Positions 25,889-34,929 of a stretch of DNA of 64,000 bases are shown one piece after another. The translations under genes and the position numbers were made by a program. The notes under the pieces were generated by a model. The model searched no databases. It was given only the letters and a program-made list of their open reading frames with translations, and was not told the DNA's origin. This stretch comes from a virus. Each line of letters opens with the position of its first letter. Within the stretch, counting starts at the first letter, position 1. The DNA is taken from positions 8,100 to 72,099 of IMG/VR virus record IMGVR_UViG_3300045988_121566. One strand, written 5' to 3'.

Positions 25889-26908
25889 TCATATCTCATA
25901 CTCCATCAGATATTCCTCACACCTGAATCCCTTTCTTGGCATGAAGTCCTTGAAGTCGGTGGTGCAGAATATCATTCGCTTGTTGCACCACTGAGCCATG
26001 TCCTTTTGCCATTTAGGGATGACGTGATTAGGATTTGTCGGGTCGCGGTATGGCTGGGCGTAGGCATACACGGCTCTGCCTTCATGGTCTTTGCGAAAGC
26101 GTTTTAGTCGCTCCCACCAATAATGCAGACGATGATAACATTCCCGAAAGTCATTCTTGCCTCCTATCATGGTGTATAGGAAATATTCGCCACGAAATCC
26201 TGCTGCATTGATAAGCTGCATGGCTCGCTCACATTCCGCTATCTGCGCCGTGGTGTCGCAACCGAAGCGGATGCGAGAGTCTATCCATTTTACTTTTCCT
26301 AACAACTCTGCATATTCTGTCGTTACCAGTCGTGCGTCCATCGCCTGATTGAAGTCGATATGCAGGCCAAGGTCGATTATCTTCTGAAGCTGTTCTTTCG
26401 CATAGTCGCCCGCTGCAAGAATGTTGTTGTCCATCAGCACAACATGCGTCCTGCCCTCGATGGCTATCTCCTCTATATCCATATACGGACGGATGAACCC
26501 CTCTTTCTTGGGCACCACACACCAAAAGCACTTGTTGGGGCAACCTTCGGTCAGTTTGCCGTAAGCATGGTTCTTTGGCACCCATGGAAACAAATCGTAT
26601 AGCGGTTGCAGGCGGTCTATCTCGTCGGGCAGACGCTTGTAGATGTCGTAGCCGGTGCCACCCTTCTCCAGTCGGTCGTAGGAGAACTGCCGAAAGTCGA
26701 TGTCGGGAGAGAAATTGAACACCTTGCTGGCATACAGGATGTCGTAATGATGCCTGTCGAAAAGGTCGGTAGGCTGCGCCCATTCCACCTCGTCGCCATG
26801 CATCGTGTGCCAACGGGCAATCTTGCCGAGAGCCACGTTAGGATATACCGTAGCTCCCCATTTCTTTTTGCCGTGTCGTCCGTCCACATCAATAAGTCCT
26901 ATCCTCAT
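25889..26908 (-). CDS. radical SAM domain protein
   Basis: CxxxCxxC cluster motif TEGCPNKCFWCVV, preceded by a ~120-aa N-terminal domain. 339 aa. Confidence 0.7.
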   Translation of the reverse strand: MRIGLIDVDGRHGKKKWGATVYPNVALGKIARWHTMHGDEVEWAQPTDLFDRHHYDILYASKVFNFSPDIDFRQFSYDRLEKGGTGYDIYKRLPDEIDRLQPLYDLFPWVPKNHAYGKLTEGCPNKCFWCVVPKKEGFIRPYMDIEEIAIEGRTHVVLMDNNILAAGDYAKEQLQKIIDLGLHIDFNQAMDARLVTTEYAELLGKVKWIDSRIRFGCDTTAQIAECERAMQLINAAGFRGEYFLYTMIGGKNDFRECYHRLHYWWERLKRFRKDHEGRAVYAYAQPYRDPTNPNHVIPKWQKDMAQWCNKRMIFCTTDFKDFMPRKGFRCEEYLMEYEI

Positions 26909-26959
26909 TCCTCATCCTCCGTTTCCTCAAAATTCGTCAATTTTAATTCCATTGTAATT

Positions 26960-27346
26960 CTACTCAATTTTTGCTCCAAACGGTTTACCGTCAGAAAAAA
27001 CATACATATTCATAATGCTCAAAAAGTCCCAACCTGTTATTCCATTTAATGCCATCATGTCTTCATTGTCTACAACAGTGATTAAGGTGCGATGTCCATC
27101 ATTCTTATCTTTCAACCATCCAAAAGGTTGATGTTTTTGCATCTCCTGCCAGCATTCTTCTGTGTTCTTGAATGGGCGATACTTTGGCTCTTGCTTTATT
27201 CTGTATTCTAAATCATTATCAAAGCTTGGGTCTTCGTCATCATACCACAAAGGCTTGTCGCCTTTGATACATCTGCTTTCTATTGTTTTGCCATCTGCAA
27301 AAGCTACCAAAATAGGCATTAGTTTTTTAACTTCTTCTCTTGTCAT
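26960..27346 (-). CDS. hypothetical protein (128 aa)
   Basis: The track start at 27352 is a TTG. The ATG at 27346 (MTREEVKK...) is preferred. Confidence 0.5.
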   Translation of the reverse strand: MTREEVKKLMPILVAFADGKTIESRCIKGDKPLWYDDEDPSFDNDLEYRIKQEPKYRPFKNTEECWQEMQKHQPFGWLKDKNDGHRTLITVVDNEDMMALNGITGWDFLSIMNMYVFSDGKPFGAKIE

Positions 27347-27348
27347 AC

Positions 27349-27507
27349 TCAATCCTCCAACTCTTTAAGTGCCTTATCACATTTTTGAATATTTAAGTCC
27401 ATTTTCTCTACAAGAGTGTCTTCATCTCTAATATACAACATACTCTTCACTAAAAATAAACTATGTTTAACCTCCTTGATTAACTCTATAGCTTTTTCTT
27501 TACTCAT
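27349..27507 (-). CDS. hypothetical small protein (52 aa), not in the ORF track
   Basis: Read by eye: MSKEKAIELIKEVKHSLFLVKSMLYIRDEDTLVEKMDLNIQKCDKALKELED. It fills the gap between two co-directional genes. Confidence 0.3.
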   Translation of the reverse strand: MSKEKAIELIKEVKHSLFLVKSMLYIRDEDTLVEKMDLNIQKCDKALKELED

Positions 27508-27519
27508 TGCTTATCCTCT

Positions 27520-27765
27520 TTAGTAATTGATAATTTTCTGCGTCTTACGAACCTTATCGAAAAACTTACGAACTTCTTGTGAAGTTGCTTCTCTCAAGTA
27601 GCCTTTCATCCAATTACCAATACCATTGGATTTCTGAATCATTCCATCAGAATCCTCACCAATTATAACGCCATATCCATCAGCGTTAATAAAGCCATCA
27701 TGTATAAACACTTTGCCATAACCATCAACTAAGATAGTACCTGCTCTAAATTCACTTAATCTCAT
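27520..27765 (-). CDS. hypothetical protein (81 aa)
   Basis: ORF track with an ATG start. Confidence 0.5.
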   Translation of the reverse strand: MRLSEFRAGTILVDGYGKVFIHDGFINADGYGVIIGEDSDGMIQKSNGIGNWMKGYLREATSQEVRKFFDKVRKTQKIINY

Positions 27766-27813
27766 ATTCTATTCTTTTTACCCTCTCCCTGTTGCCAAGG
27801 AGAGGGTGGTTAG

Positions 27814-28062
27814 TTACTCAGCTACTTCCTCGTAAGTCTTAGCGAAAATATCAGGCTTACAAGGATAGAACTCTCCGTTTACACCCTTGATGATATAGTC
27901 ACCAATAGATGCCTCCATATCTCCTTCTAAGGTATGAATCACAAGGGTAGTTCCTTTGTTTTCAACGGTTCCACCCATAAAATTGTCAATCTCAGACAAA
28001 TTCTTGCCATTCCACTGAATAGCTTCAATGGTAACAGGCTTCTTTCTGTACTTCTTAATCAT
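27814..28062 (-). CDS. hypothetical protein (82 aa)
   Basis: ORF track with an ATG start. Followed by the hairpin CCCTCTCC/GGAGAGGG at 27781-27806. Confidence 0.5.
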   Translation of the reverse strand: MIKKYRKKPVTIEAIQWNGKNLSEIDNFMGGTVENKGTTLVIHTLEGDMEASIGDYIIKGVNGEFYPCKPDIFAKTYEEVAE

Positions 28063-28099
28063 ATTACTTATATTTATGTCCTATAAGGACGGTTAGTTA

Positions 28100-28315
28100 C
28101 TAAAGCTCGTCAAACTCTTTCTGAAATCTCTGTTTTGTTTCATTCAGTAATTGCTTGAATTTTTTGCCAAATTCCATATCATGTTGTGATAGTCCCCAAA
28201 TAGCATCAGCAAGTCCATTTCTGCTTGATTTTAAAGACATATCTAAGAGTTCATCTACTTTAGGAATCAAACTTTTGGCTAAGATATTTGCTCTTTCTAA
28301 TTTATCTATATTCAT
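28100..28315 (-). CDS. hypothetical protein (71 aa)
   Basis: ORF track with an ATG start. Confidence 0.45.
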   Translation of the reverse strand: MNIDKLERANILAKSLIPKVDELLDMSLKSSRNGLADAIWGLSQHDMEFGKKFKQLLNETKQRFQKEFDEL

Positions 28316-28349
28316 AATCTATCTATTTATGTCCGAAGGCGGTTAAATA

Positions 28350-28622
28350 CTAATGTAAAAAAATATTTTTATCGCCTAAATCTTTTAATGCTATATCCTT
28401 ACACTTTTGACAAAGAAATCTGTTTCCTACGCCATTGTCAAAACACGCTACAGAAATAAGATCTTCTGGTTGGAATTTGCGCCCACAGCAAAAGCAAGTC
28501 TTTTGTACTGACAAATTATAATTCTCACGCAACTCTTTAAAACAGGCAAATGTTCCAAAGATGTGTCCTTCTTCACACCCTACTGCTTTGTATATTTTCT
28601 TAGTTATTTTTACTACTTCCAC
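28350..28622 (-). CDS. hypothetical Cys-rich (zinc-finger-like) protein (90 aa)
   Basis: Cys pairs CFCCGRKF ... CQKC. GTG start preceded by AAGGAGGAATAG. Confidence 0.45.
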   Translation of the reverse strand: MEVVKITKKIYKAVGCEEGHIFGTFACFKELRENYNLSVQKTCFCCGRKFQPEDLISVACFDNGVGNRFLCQKCKDIALKDLGDKNIFLH

Positions 28623-28624
28623 AC

Positions 28625-29056
28625 CTATTCCTCCTTATCTTTTAGTTCAACGAAATCGCCAATGCCCAAACGAGCCTTGTTGATACAATCACATATCCAC
28701 CCCATAAGGTATGCCTGATGCTCATTGTTGGCAACCCTGAACCTCTCAAGGTCACATGAGTCATTCATTGACGAAAGAACATGAAACGCCTCATGGCTGA
28801 TATTTCTCATAGTCATGTCTTTCTTCTTTGGGAAGACTACAAGATTGCCGATGTAATTTCCTGATTTACTCATACATTCGTCATAAACCATACCTCCGTA
28901 GTTTCCTTCATTCATAGGCTCATCGTTGTGAACAAGAGGTTTGCCTTTCATGTCGGTAAAGCATTTGTCAATCTCGTCCTCACTTGTGTCGTACATTACC
29001 CACAGCTTCCTTGGATAAATGCCGTTACTGTATTCGTAATATCCCTTCTTCTTCAT
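28625..29056 (-). CDS. small HExxH-motif protein, putative metallopeptidase-like (143 aa)
   Basis: Motif ISHEAFHVLSS. Confidence 0.5.
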   Translation of the reverse strand: MKKKGYYEYSNGIYPRKLWVMYDTSEDEIDKCFTDMKGKPLVHNDEPMNEGNYGGMVYDECMSKSGNYIGNLVVFPKKKDMTMRNISHEAFHVLSSMNDSCDLERFRVANNEHQAYLMGWICDCINKARLGIGDFVELKDKEE

Positions 29057-29058
29057 TT

Positions 29059-29274
29059 TTATTTCCCTTTCTTTTTAGGAACATATACGTTTAACACATC
29101 ATTAAACTCATAGCAATCTGGGCAGTAGTGCTTATCTCCTATCTCTTCCCATTCTGATGCAAGAGCATAGTATATTGCAGATTGCTTATCAGTCCAAGCA
29201 ATACACCCGTCTGCTTCAAAAATTTTTCCGCATCTGTCACATACGACAGAATACGTAGTAACTGGCTTAATCAT
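29059..29274 (-). CDS. zinc-ribbon protein (71 aa)
   Basis: CDRCGKIF ... CPDC four-Cys ribbon. The ATG is preceded by GAAAGGAGGAAACC. Confidence 0.5.
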   Translation of the reverse strand: MIKPVTTYSVVCDRCGKIFEADGCIAWTDKQSAIYYALASEWEEIGDKHYCPDCYEFNDVLNVYVPKKKGK

Positions 29275-29611
29275 GGTTTCCTCCTTTCTGCTTTGGCAGT
29301 ATGTCAGATAAATAAGCCCACTTGGTGATTTGGCATCTACTAATTGAATGTCTCCAAGATTCCTCTTTCCAAATAAAGGATTCTTTAAAGTGTAGGGAAA
29401 TATAGTTATAAGAACCTATGGTAATAATATCACTCTTTCTCTTATCTGGCTCTTCTTCAATAGGATGCCACAAGTCCTTTAAAAACTCATTGATAGCCCA
29501 ATTAGCACCTTTCCTAAAAGCTTCTGCTATAAAAGGATTGGTATTGAGAGTGCCATAAGTAGCATCACAATATCCTTGTGCTGCACTTTTTATTTTGTTT
29601 TTATCAATCAT
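29267..29611 (-). CDS. hypothetical protein (114 aa)
   Basis: ORF track with an ATG start. 8-nt overlap with the downstream gene. Confidence 0.5.
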   Translation of the reverse strand: MIDKNKIKSAAQGYCDATYGTLNTNPFIAEAFRKGANWAINEFLKDLWHPIEEEPDKRKSDIITIGSYNYISLHFKESFIWKEESWRHSISRCQITKWAYLSDILPKQKGGNHD

Positions 29612-29748
29612 AATCTACCCTTTCTTCTTTTTAATTGTCGTTTTCTCCTCTCTCTACGTTTTGTCTTTCCATCTTTAGGGGCATCAACGCATTTTAGTTT
29701 TGGGAGGAGATAATAAGGTATGTAATCTATTGAATCTTCATTGTTCAT
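29608..29748 (-). CDS. hypothetical small basic protein (46 aa), not in the ORF track
   Basis: Read by eye: MNNEDSIDYIPYYLLPKLKCVDAPKDGKTKRRERRKRQLKRRKGRL. Its ATG lies 2 nt after the upstream stop and is preceded by GGGAGGG. Its TGA overlaps the next ATG. Confidence 0.35.
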   Translation of the reverse strand: MNNEDSIDYIPYYLLPKLKCVDAPKDGKTKRRERRKRQLKRRKGRL

Positions 29749-29750
29749 GT

Positions 29751-30755
29751 CTAACCCTCCCAATTATTTGTTGTACCAATCAGCTTTGCTGTCTCTGCAT
29801 TGTAAGGAAGACAATAAGGATAACCACCCACACAACCAATAGTATTATATTCTCCATATTGGTCAATATGACTGAAAATATTAGCAGTCCATATAGCATC
29901 ATCATCAACTCTTGTTACCACTCTATCAAATGGCTTTGGAGTCCACTTCGGTTTCAAATCCACAATGGCTTTGCTTTCGGCATCCCAAACCTTACCTTCC
30001 TTTGCTAAAGCTTCAAAGAGCTGCTTCTTTTCTGAGTCAGTGGCAAGGCGAATTTCTTCGATTTCATCTTTGGATATTGGGTATTTACCACAAATATCAA
30101 TCATCTGTAGTGTCGTGCTTAGTGAAGCGTGATCATATAAGCCATCATCCTTAAAGTAATTAAAGATTTCAATATAACAAAATCTTTTACATCTAACAAA
30201 CACAACATCTCCATCCTTGAACTCTTGCTGTTTCTCAATCTCCAAAGTTTTACGATTGAGTTTGCCACCCAATCTTTCCTCGATAGTTTTGATATAGGTT
30301 TTAACAACTTCTTTGTTATCTTCAATATGATAGTTTTGTGTATTCTGCATATTCATAAAAGATATATGTCTCTTTTTACTTAAACTAATCCAGTGTTTAC
30401 CTTCAAATATAGTATAATCATCTTTTGAGAAAGCATTAAAGATTATAAGGATATCACTATCATTGCTAATCAACACATCACCTTTCTTCCAATAGAATTT
30501 GCGCCAGTCACGCATTTCTTTTGAAGGAAGAAGAATCTGTAAACCATCAGGACATCCTCTTACTGTACCAAATTCGGAATAACCACGATGGCAAGTAGTA
30601 TTATTATCTGTCTCATTTGTACACCAAACTACTGTTTCTGTATCTGTAGTGCTGATTTTATCTAACTCTACATCTACGTTATACAGCAAATCATACAACT
30701 TAGTTCCTTTCGGTTTATCTTTTAGAATTTCCGCTATGTTAAGTTCTTTTTCCAT
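29751..30755 (-). CDS. hypothetical protein (334 aa)
   Basis: ORF track with an ATG start. Confidence 0.55.
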   Translation of the reverse strand: MEKELNIAEILKDKPKGTKLYDLLYNVDVELDKISTTDTETVVWCTNETDNNTTCHRGYSEFGTVRGCPDGLQILLPSKEMRDWRKFYWKKGDVLISNDSDILIIFNAFSKDDYTIFEGKHWISLSKKRHISFMNMQNTQNYHIEDNKEVVKTYIKTIEERLGGKLNRKTLEIEKQQEFKDGDVVFVRCKRFCYIEIFNYFKDDGLYDHASLSTTLQMIDICGKYPISKDEIEEIRLATDSEKKQLFEALAKEGKVWDAESKAIVDLKPKWTPKPFDRVVTRVDDDAIWTANIFSHIDQYGEYNTIGCVGGYPYCLPYNAETAKLIGTTNNWEG

Positions 30756-30766
30756 AATCGTATTGT

Positions 30767-31405
30767 TTAGTTTTTGTAAACTGCATCCAAGATTTCTCTG
30801 AAGTTAGGGTTGTCAATGACAGCTTGGGCATCTTTTTCGCATTTGAAATATACCGTATCGGAAGCAAAACAAGTACTATAATCTGTTATATAGCATTTGG
30901 CACGATTACTATATAGAATACAATATTTAGATTCTGCACTATACCAATTAGGCTTCCAATCTCCATTGTAATATCTTGCTATATTCATAAGGCGATCAGT
31001 AGCACAGAGTTTGAAAGCATTGTTTTCATCAACAGGTATTCCTGTTCTGTTTCCTTCAAGATCTAAAGAATTCTCTATATCTTCATAACGCAATTCTTTC
31101 TTCTTGAACTTGATAACGCCTGCATTAAAGTCGCAATTCTCTACATCTATCTCCATCCCATCAGGGATATTGATAGTGAGTTTGTTGTCTTTGATTTCCA
31201 TATCTTTTTTAATTTCTTTGAAACACACGTTACGGGTATCCATTCTGTTGCTTGGGCTACAAGTTCCTGCTACATTTTCTAAATAACTCCTTTTGCTATA
31301 GCATTCTTTTTCTAAATCACAAAACGCACAAAAGTAATCAGGTAGTTCTGCTACCTCATAAGTTTTCCCTTTAAACTCAAAGGTTTCTCCTATTTTTCGT
31401 TCCAT
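30767..31405 (-). CDS. hypothetical protein (212 aa)
   Basis: ORF track with an ATG start. Confidence 0.55.
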   Translation of the reverse strand: MERKIGETFEFKGKTYEVAELPDYFCAFCDLEKECYSKRSYLENVAGTCSPSNRMDTRNVCFKEIKKDMEIKDNKLTINIPDGMEIDVENCDFNAGVIKFKKKELRYEDIENSLDLEGNRTGIPVDENNAFKLCATDRLMNIARYYNGDWKPNWYSAESKYCILYSNRAKCYITDYSTCFASDTVYFKCEKDAQAVIDNPNFREILDAVYKN

Positions 31406-31419
31406 AAGCTAATTTCTTA

Positions 31420-31785
31420 TTATTTCTTAGTACAAGAAGAGTTGAGTTGTAAAACCTCAGTTATGAACATAAGCACATTGTCGCCGCAGTCGACAACCTC
31501 ATGTTTGTATTTCTCTGCATCCTCGATGAAGTGATGCCTGCTTTCATTGAAACCACATACCATAGATCCTTCAAGATTTGCAAAGAGGTAATTGTTCGAA
31601 AAAGCACGACAGCATGGGCAGAGATTGATTCCGGCTTCACGAATAGTGTTTCGTATTGGTTCGTTGTTGACACGAAGAAAGACGAATTTGCCTTGTTTAG
31701 TAGCCACCTGCTTACGAGATAAGCAGAGATACAAAGACAAAGATAAGAGGCATGTGAAGATGATAATTAATAAAGCTACGAACAT
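31420..31785 (-). CDS. hypothetical membrane-anchored protein (121 aa)
   Basis: N-terminal TM helix MFVALLIIIFTCLLSLSLYLCL. Confidence 0.5.
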   Translation of the reverse strand: MFVALLIIIFTCLLSLSLYLCLSRKQVATKQGKFVFLRVNNEPIRNTIREAGINLCPCCRAFSNNYLFANLEGSMVCGFNESRHHFIEDAEKYKHEVVDCGDNVLMFITEVLQLNSSCTKK

Positions 31786-31797
31786 TGTTATTGATTT

Positions 31798-32499
31798 TTA
31801 TTTGTTGTTTTTATTATTCTTTTTTGGGTAAAGAACATTGTTTACGTTCATTTTGTCGATATTGACACGATGGAGCTTGTGGGTGTTAGGGTCGAGACCA
31901 TGTTGCTTACAATAGTCTATCCATGCAGCTATTCCATGCGGCTTTGCTGCATCACGCAAGCGCTCCTGAGCAAGTTTCTTACTACGCTGCTCATCCTCGT
32001 AACGGGCACGCTCCTTAAGAAGGTCTGCATCGAACGCGATTAGTGCCTTCATAACGTCTTGAGGATTAATTACAGACGTGTCGCCATCATGATTGTAATG
32101 GACAAGTTTGCCGTATTCTCCATTCGTGAAAGCCACGAAAGCATAATCAAGTTCTGGGACTGTCCAGTAGTAGAACCGATTGCAGATACGGACTGCGAGA
32201 GTATGTATCTGATACTCCTCAACGATGTCGAATGCACCGAGATAATGAAACACCTCTATAAGTCGGCTCTTAATCCAGGAAACAAGCCTACGAAGGTCGT
32301 TCTGATCTCTGCGCACAACGGCTATAACCCTATCTTGTCCACGAGAAATAGCATCTCTGAAAGAAAGTGGTTGTATATAACCATTTCCTGTTTTAGAATT
32401 TGTCGCTACCGAGGATTCTTGCCGCTTTGGAAGCGAGTTTGACAGATCGTTGTTGCTCATAGTCTTTTTGCTGAATAATCTCGTCATTCCAGCACTCAC
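31798..32499 (-). CDS. hypothetical protein (up to 233 aa; start uncertain)
   Basis: ORF track. The first 107 nt overlap the upstream gene out of frame. The alternative ATG at 32460 still overlaps it. Confidence 0.5.
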   Translation of the reverse strand: MSAGMTRLFSKKTMSNNDLSNSLPKRQESSVATNSKTGNGYIQPLSFRDAISRGQDRVIAVVRRDQNDLRRLVSWIKSRLIEVFHYLGAFDIVEEYQIHTLAVRICNRFYYWTVPELDYAFVAFTNGEYGKLVHYNHDGDTSVINPQDVMKALIAFDADLLKERARYEDEQRSKKLAQERLRDAAKPHGIAAWIDYCKQHGLDPNTHKLHRVNIDKMNVNNVLYPKKNNKNNK

Positions 32500-32818
32500 C
32501 GTTGAGATAGGTGAGTGGGTCTTTCTGAAATTGTTTGTCTTTTATACTTTTAACGTAAGCAGGAGTAGCAGCTATGCACGCTTCTCGCTGTGAAGGAGCA
32601 AGTCGAAGCCATTTCTGCTGCGCCTTTTTCTTTCCGCGCTTCTTGTCGTATAGAAGCCACCATAGCTCGAAGGACGCGAGGTCTTCTGAGAAATTCTGCT
32701 CCTTATAATACTTTCCAGTACGTACGAACATGGCACCGGCTATGAAAGCTTCGAGGCGTGCGTTATCGTCTTTAGCATAACGAGCTGCCTCTTGTCTGAT
32801 TTCTTTTGGCAGTATCAT
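32393..32818 (-). CDS. hypothetical protein, possibly replication-associated (141 aa)
   Basis: The pattern FELWWLLYDKKRGKKKAQQKWLRL...YLNGECWNDE recalls phage replisome-organizer-type N-terminal domains. This is weak, from memory only. Confidence 0.45.
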   Translation of the reverse strand: MILPKEIRQEAARYAKDDNARLEAFIAGAMFVRTGKYYKEQNFSEDLASFELWWLLYDKKRGKKKAQQKWLRLAPSQREACIAATPAYVKSIKDKQFQKDPLTYLNGECWNDEIIQQKDYEQQRSVKLASKAARILGSDKF

Positions 32819-32845
32819 ATCTTGAGAGTTTAAAAAAGTGACACA

Positions 32846-33277
32846 TTATACCCATCCTTTGCTGGAATCAACCTCACGCTGACAATACTTAACGGCCAGT
32901 TCGTCTTCCTTGTCAGGTATCATGATTTCACGACTTTCCGCAAAGTCGATAACACCACGGATGACGGATGAAGCCTCTGCGGTGTCGAGAAGCCCGAGCG
33001 GCTTGAACTTAGGATAACCATTCTTGTCATATTCTCCCGTCATGAAAATATGAGGAGCCACATTATTCTGTATTTCGGAAAGAGTCTGGTAGAACGTCTG
33101 TCCGAGTTTGGAAGAAAGGTACGTGATAATGAATGCGAGATAAGCTTTCTGCATATCTGTAGCGACAGGGTGGAACTTTCGGATTTCGAGTGAGTAACCT
33201 ATCTCCTTAGCCTTGTCGATTTCTTTCAAGGCTTCCATATACGTGCGTAGGTTGTTGAGATTTGAAAAAACAGGCAT
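32846..33277 (-). CDS. hypothetical protein (143 aa)
   Basis: Track ORF trimmed to the ATG at 33277 (MPVFSNLNNL...), which removes an overlap with the MBL gene. Confidence 0.5.
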   Translation of the reverse strand: MPVFSNLNNLRTYMEALKEIDKAKEIGYSLEIRKFHPVATDMQKAYLAFIITYLSSKLGQTFYQTLSEIQNNVAPHIFMTGEYDKNGYPKFKPLGLLDTAEASSVIRGVIDFAESREIMIPDKEDELAVKYCQREVDSSKGWV

Positions 33278-33288
33278 AGTGTAAAAAA

Positions 33289-34002
33289 TTAAATTAAATC
33301 GAGAGTAAAGCCTTTGGAGGCATAGTAGGTCGGAACGCCAAGAACCTGCTGGAACTTGTTTACAGCCTTGCTTGGCTGCAGGTGTCGCGAAGATCCATGA
33401 ATAAGAACGATCTGACGGGTTGACTTGTCTACCTCGCACTGCTGCAGGAACTGAACCGCGTGTTCGAGACTCATGTGCGAAAGTCGGATGCGGTCAGCCT
33501 GACTTGCAGAGGTCTTTCTCTCATCTATGGCCTTGTTGAGCAAGCTATCCTCGTAATTGCACTCCATGAGGTAGGTTCGGCAGTTCTTAATAATGTTGTG
33601 CAGATTGTAGCAATCTGTAGCAAAGAAGATTGTGCCAAAATCTGGGTGGAAGATAAGGTAGCCGTAATTGGTAACGTCATGCTCTACCTCGAACGGTGTA
33701 ACCTTGAATGGACCGATAGAAAGAGTGAAGTCGAATTGCAATACTTTGACGAGGTAGCGGTTGGCCACCTCCTTGCATGAATAGACGTCGATACCTGCTG
33801 AGAAATATTCGGGAATATACTTTGCGTGATCTCCATGTACGTGAGATACGATGCATCCAACCACCTTGTTCGTCTGATAACCGATAGCCTTCTTGACCTC
33901 ACGAATGGGTCTGCCAGCTTCAAGCAGCAGGATTTCTCCTGATGCTGCTTGAATGGCATACGCATTTCCTTTTGACGATGAACCTATAACGATGAGTTTC
34001 AT
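33289..34002 (-). CDS. metallo-beta-lactamase-fold hydrolase (candidate recombination nuclease)
   Basis: MKLIVIGSSSKGNAYAI... followed by the HxHxDH motif VSHVHGDHAKY. Lies directly downstream of recT. Confidence 0.7.
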   Translation of the reverse strand: MKLIVIGSSSKGNAYAIQAASGEILLLEAGRPIREVKKAIGYQTNKVVGCIVSHVHGDHAKYIPEYFSAGIDVYSCKEVANRYLVKVLQFDFTLSIGPFKVTPFEVEHDVTNYGYLIFHPDFGTIFFATDCYNLHNIIKNCRTYLMECNYEDSLLNKAIDERKTSASQADRIRLSHMSLEHAVQFLQQCEVDKSTRQIVLIHGSSRHLQPSKAVNKFQQVLGVPTYYASKGFTLDLI

Positions 34003-34003
34003 G

Positions 34004-34924
34004 TTAGCTTAATTTGAAAGGATTTGGATTGACTGATTGAGGCTGTGAAGCTTCGTCACCTGGCTGTACAATTTCTCCAGTGTTTGCGTCGACAGTAGCA
34101 ACTTCCTTTGCTTCGGAAAATTCAGTATCACGCAGCTCCTCTGCCGAAATGCAAGGAGCCTCGTCTAAGTTAAGAATATCATTATTCTCGATTGAGAGTT
34201 CTCCCCACTTTGAAAGTAACTGGCGAAGAACAGTCTTGATTGCCATACTCTCGAAGTTTGCGAGCCAACCCACTCCATCGCATGCGATAAAACCTGCCTG
34301 CTTTAATGCGATTTCTTTCAGCGATTGTACCGTTACATTCTGGTTGAACTTGACGGTAGGACTATACTGCTTTGCGTATGCGCAAACATCATCCAGGGGC
34401 ATATAGAAAAGTTTGGAGAAACCATCCTTCTTCTCGAAATATGCGAAATATCCTACCGGGACGTTAGAGGTTCTCTGTCCTGTCAAGTCCAACTTACCTC
34501 TAACCTTGTCATAGGCTTTCAATTCGCCTTCGAAAACCACATCGGCATTGATGTTAGCATACTTGTTGGTGCGCATAGCGAGCTGCAAATATCCTCGAAC
34601 ACCGATAACAAGCGTTGGAGTCATTACACCTTTTGTCTTGAAAGGTAGAATGTAACACTGCCCAAGTTGCTTGTTGAGGGGGAGATGGAGAGATGCTGCT
34701 TTAAGTGCCTCTGCCATAAGGTCGGTAGGCTTGCACTGCATTAACTTCTCATCAGAGGAGAAGAGTTCCATCAGGCTTGTGCAGAATGTTCCTTTGTTCT
34801 CACGCAGGGTATTCTGTAAAAGAGACTGATAATAATTGTTGTTCATCACGTCCTGAAAGGACTTTACCGCCATTGCCTTAGTTGAAGGCTGCTTTGCTAC
34901 TGTTGTTCCTGTCATTCCTGCCAT
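34004..34924 (-). CDS. recT: RecT-family single-strand annealing recombinase
   Basis: CYILPFKTKGVMTPTLVIGVRGYLQLAMRTNKYANINADVVFEGE matches the conserved RecT core (P-F...G-Y-x-G-x-x-x-L-A). Confidence 0.7.
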   Translation of the reverse strand: MAGMTGTTVAKQPSTKAMAVKSFQDVMNNNYYQSLLQNTLRENKGTFCTSLMELFSSDEKLMQCKPTDLMAEALKAASLHLPLNKQLGQCYILPFKTKGVMTPTLVIGVRGYLQLAMRTNKYANINADVVFEGELKAYDKVRGKLDLTGQRTSNVPVGYFAYFEKKDGFSKLFYMPLDDVCAYAKQYSPTVKFNQNVTVQSLKEIALKQAGFIACDGVGWLANFESMAIKTVLRQLLSKWGELSIENNDILNLDEAPCISAEELRDTEFSEAKEVATVDANTGEIVQPGDEASQPQSVNPNPFKLS

Positions 34925-34929
34925 AATTT

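Noticed and set aside
26229-26813. A 194-aa Arg/Gly-rich ORF on the minus strand.
   Set aside because: It lies entirely inside the radical-SAM gene in another frame and has a junk-like composition.
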